Both the position numbers and the translations under genes were made by a program. Positions 61,648-64,000 of a stretch of 64,000 nt of DNA are shown here, in pieces. The notes beneath the pieces are model-generated. The model searched no databases. It had not been told where the DNA came from and saw nothing but the letters and a program-made list of their open reading frames with translations. This stretch comes from Ramazzottius varieornatus (taxonomy: Eukaryota; Animalia; Tardigrada). The stretch is taken from assembly GCA_001949185.1 (NCBI GenBank), contig BDGG01000004.1, positions 1,327,620-1,391,619 of the forward strand, given 5' to 3'. Numbering within the stretch: position 1 is the first letter of the stretch; each line of letters starts with the position of its first letter.

Positions 61648-64000
61648 TAGAATGATAGAAGCGACTCTACCGTTTTGACAGGACGGTTTGACTGTCGAGA
61701 CGGGCATCATCCATTGTTATACATCGGTGGGGACCTGTCTGTGGACATTTTTTTGCTATAGAGTGTTCCCTGAAAACTACTCTGGCCTAATCAGACCTTT
61801 CGGTAAAGGCAGGTCTTCCTTAATGAAGTGTTCTGGTCTTTCTTAAGCACAGAGTTCCCCGGGCTGTTTTCATGGCTTCTTTTCCAGATGCACCAGCGTT
61901 TACGCGGGTTCTGCTTGTGGGTGTGCGTTGTACAGTGCAGGAATTAATCAGCAAAACTGGGCCATGCCTCCATGGTACGTGGGTACTCGAGATTGCAATC
62001 GCGGTTTTGTGCCTTGTTTTGACTAACTGAGGCAAGTCCTTGAGTTGTGGCTGTATTTCCGTGAGGTGTTTGCGCTAATGAAAGAATGAGTGTGTTGAAT
62101 CGGAAACGAGGACCACACGTGAAGCTCGTGTTGTGGGACCTTGCGCTAACATGATGGAACTGCGTATTTACCACTACGATCGTTTCTTTTGTGGCCAAGC
62201 AATCCACATCAAGCGAAATGGGAATACATTTGGCTGACAGAGTGGCGTGTAATATAGCTCAAGCTTCTTGATCTCTCCTGTTGCGGAGCTGCTGTTTCTC
62301 GGTTTCTTCCCCTGTTGACTGTTAATGTTAACCGGGAAAACTTCCTGATGTGATCAAGGCTAAGCCAGCTGGATATGCACATGCCTCGGAAACTCGAGGC
62401 AGTCTCTCCATGTTACTGGTCATTTCCTCTCCTTGGCAGCTCTCTTTGCTGATCCTTTGTATCACGCGAACGTCGTTAAGACTCTTTGTGGTCCCTCTTT
62501 TGCAACTCGATCCTCCATACCGTTAACGGGAACGTCGTCACAGCTTCTTTCATCAGCTTCATGTAGTCCGTGCTTGCGGAAAGGCAGCTGAGCTATCAAC
62601 TAAGTTGCGGACTTGGGACTAAACTATAGCGTTTCGGGTGGGTACTTCGTCATACCATGTCTGCGGTCGAATACTGCGACGGCGCCTGATGGTTCTTCTC
62701 GCTGGAATTTTCAAGAACCTCCCTAATTACATGTCCCTCGGAGTTGTTCGGTCAAGTTCAAAGTGCTCGTTTCCGGCTACGATCTAATACGTACGTAGCT
62801 GGCACAAGCACTTGTTGTCCGCACTTACCGCCTGCTTGTTTTATTTGATTATATGGACGGAGCTGGAACTGGTTCTCTGAGGAACCTTCTGGGAGGAACC
62901 TTCTCGCAAAGTGTGTGAGACTATATTTGGAGCAACTTGCCTGGCTATCATCTTCGCTTGTCGCTGTGCTATACTCAGTAACTTGCCATGAACCGTCTGG
63001 CCAACCTCGCAAAAAAGAAGGACATCAAAAGCTACAGTTTCGATTCAACTTTTCTACCTTCAGCGGACCGGAAGAAATGCAGGTAGAATTTTGGTTACCT
63101 TTGTCGACAGCGCGCCCGAAAGGTTTCAAAGTGTTGGATTTTGCTTGTACATGTATCTTGCATGTAAGGAAACTACTCGGGCTCGTGTTTGGACCTGGGT
63201 TTTGAAAGGGATTTGAGGGTCGGGGATTCTTTGGGGTAACGGAATAGGTACAGAAGTTTCTGGCAATACGATCAGCCCCGAAGGACCGATGGCGTTTTGT
63301 TCCGGGCGGCCTATCTGATTTCCACTTGGAACGAAGAGGCCATCCAACAGTCGTTTGCATGAGCCGAATAATGTTTGAAGATTTCATCCTAAATATCTTG
63401 TGAATGGTTACTGGCCAGACGGTCGAATTAGTCGAATCAAGCGGGAATATCACGTTTGGTGGGAGTATCCTGCTCTTCTTTTGTCGTCTGTAGATGGATC
63501 TTTGAAATGGTGTGATTAAATTCAGATTAGTCCCTTGTATTCACTCTTGTATGGAGCTCTCGTCTGTCATGGCAGTCAAGAACCCGGAATTAGCTGGCTA
63601 GGTCCCTGGATTTCCCGGGAGCGTCTAATACACAACGTCGTCCTGCTATTTCATTCAGTAAAACGGAAGCTGGTTTGTTAAACCTGTTCGTCGTATGCGA
63701 CAAATTGCTTGCTGTGGTTGTGAATGCATAATCGTGATGTTGAAACATCCGAAACCGCTTGCTCGTGAAATATGCTGACATCTGCATTTTGATTTTCGTG
63801 CAGGCAAGTCAGGTGATTGCTTGTGAAATTCACTCCATCTACATCCCGAAGAGGTGGTGGAAAATGCGCAACAGGAATCCAGCTGTACCGGCTATCTAGG
63901 ATTCCAGTTGTCGATTCGGTCCTTTCTGAGAACCCAACTGGCACGACTGGGAGGCTCTTGTGGATAACGAGGCACCACAACCCACGCTTGCGTTCTGAAT

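Noticed and set aside
62758-63980. Minus-strand ORFs (including IHVQAKS as PAS-B-like and DGVNFTS as integrase-like)
   Set aside because: Only isolated few-residue resemblances, with no consistent domain context or splice phase.

Overview
This is gene-dense eukaryotic (animal, probably ecdysozoan) genomic DNA with many short GT-AG introns. The compact architecture fits a eutardigrade-like genome, but that is an inference only. About 14 intron-containing genes are recognisable: FBXL2/20, tyrosine decarboxylase, FARSB, an IVNS1ABP-like BTB-Kelch protein, EXOSC2/RRP4, AGPAT3/4, DHRS7B, glycogen synthase, NDUFAF7, UVRAG, a Gfi1/senseless zinc finger, a MAM-CUB-LDLa pseudo-serine-protease, MVB12 and DOLPP1. 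There is also the 3' half of a p160/taiman-like LxxLL/poly-Q coactivator. Many genes sit in head-to-head pairs. Four TA-flanked terminal-inverted-repeat (TIR) elements are present: a decayed pogo-type DD35D transposon and three non-autonomous elements. The most unusual signal is a dispersed palindrome family (core CAAGTGGCGCACGCTT-N17-AAGCGTGCGCCACTTG) with 13 copies. Eleven copies are intronic, eleven are exactly 49 bp, and they sit in ~110-bp fold-backs whose two arms co-vary within a copy. Exon boundaries were read by eye and some may be off by a few bases.
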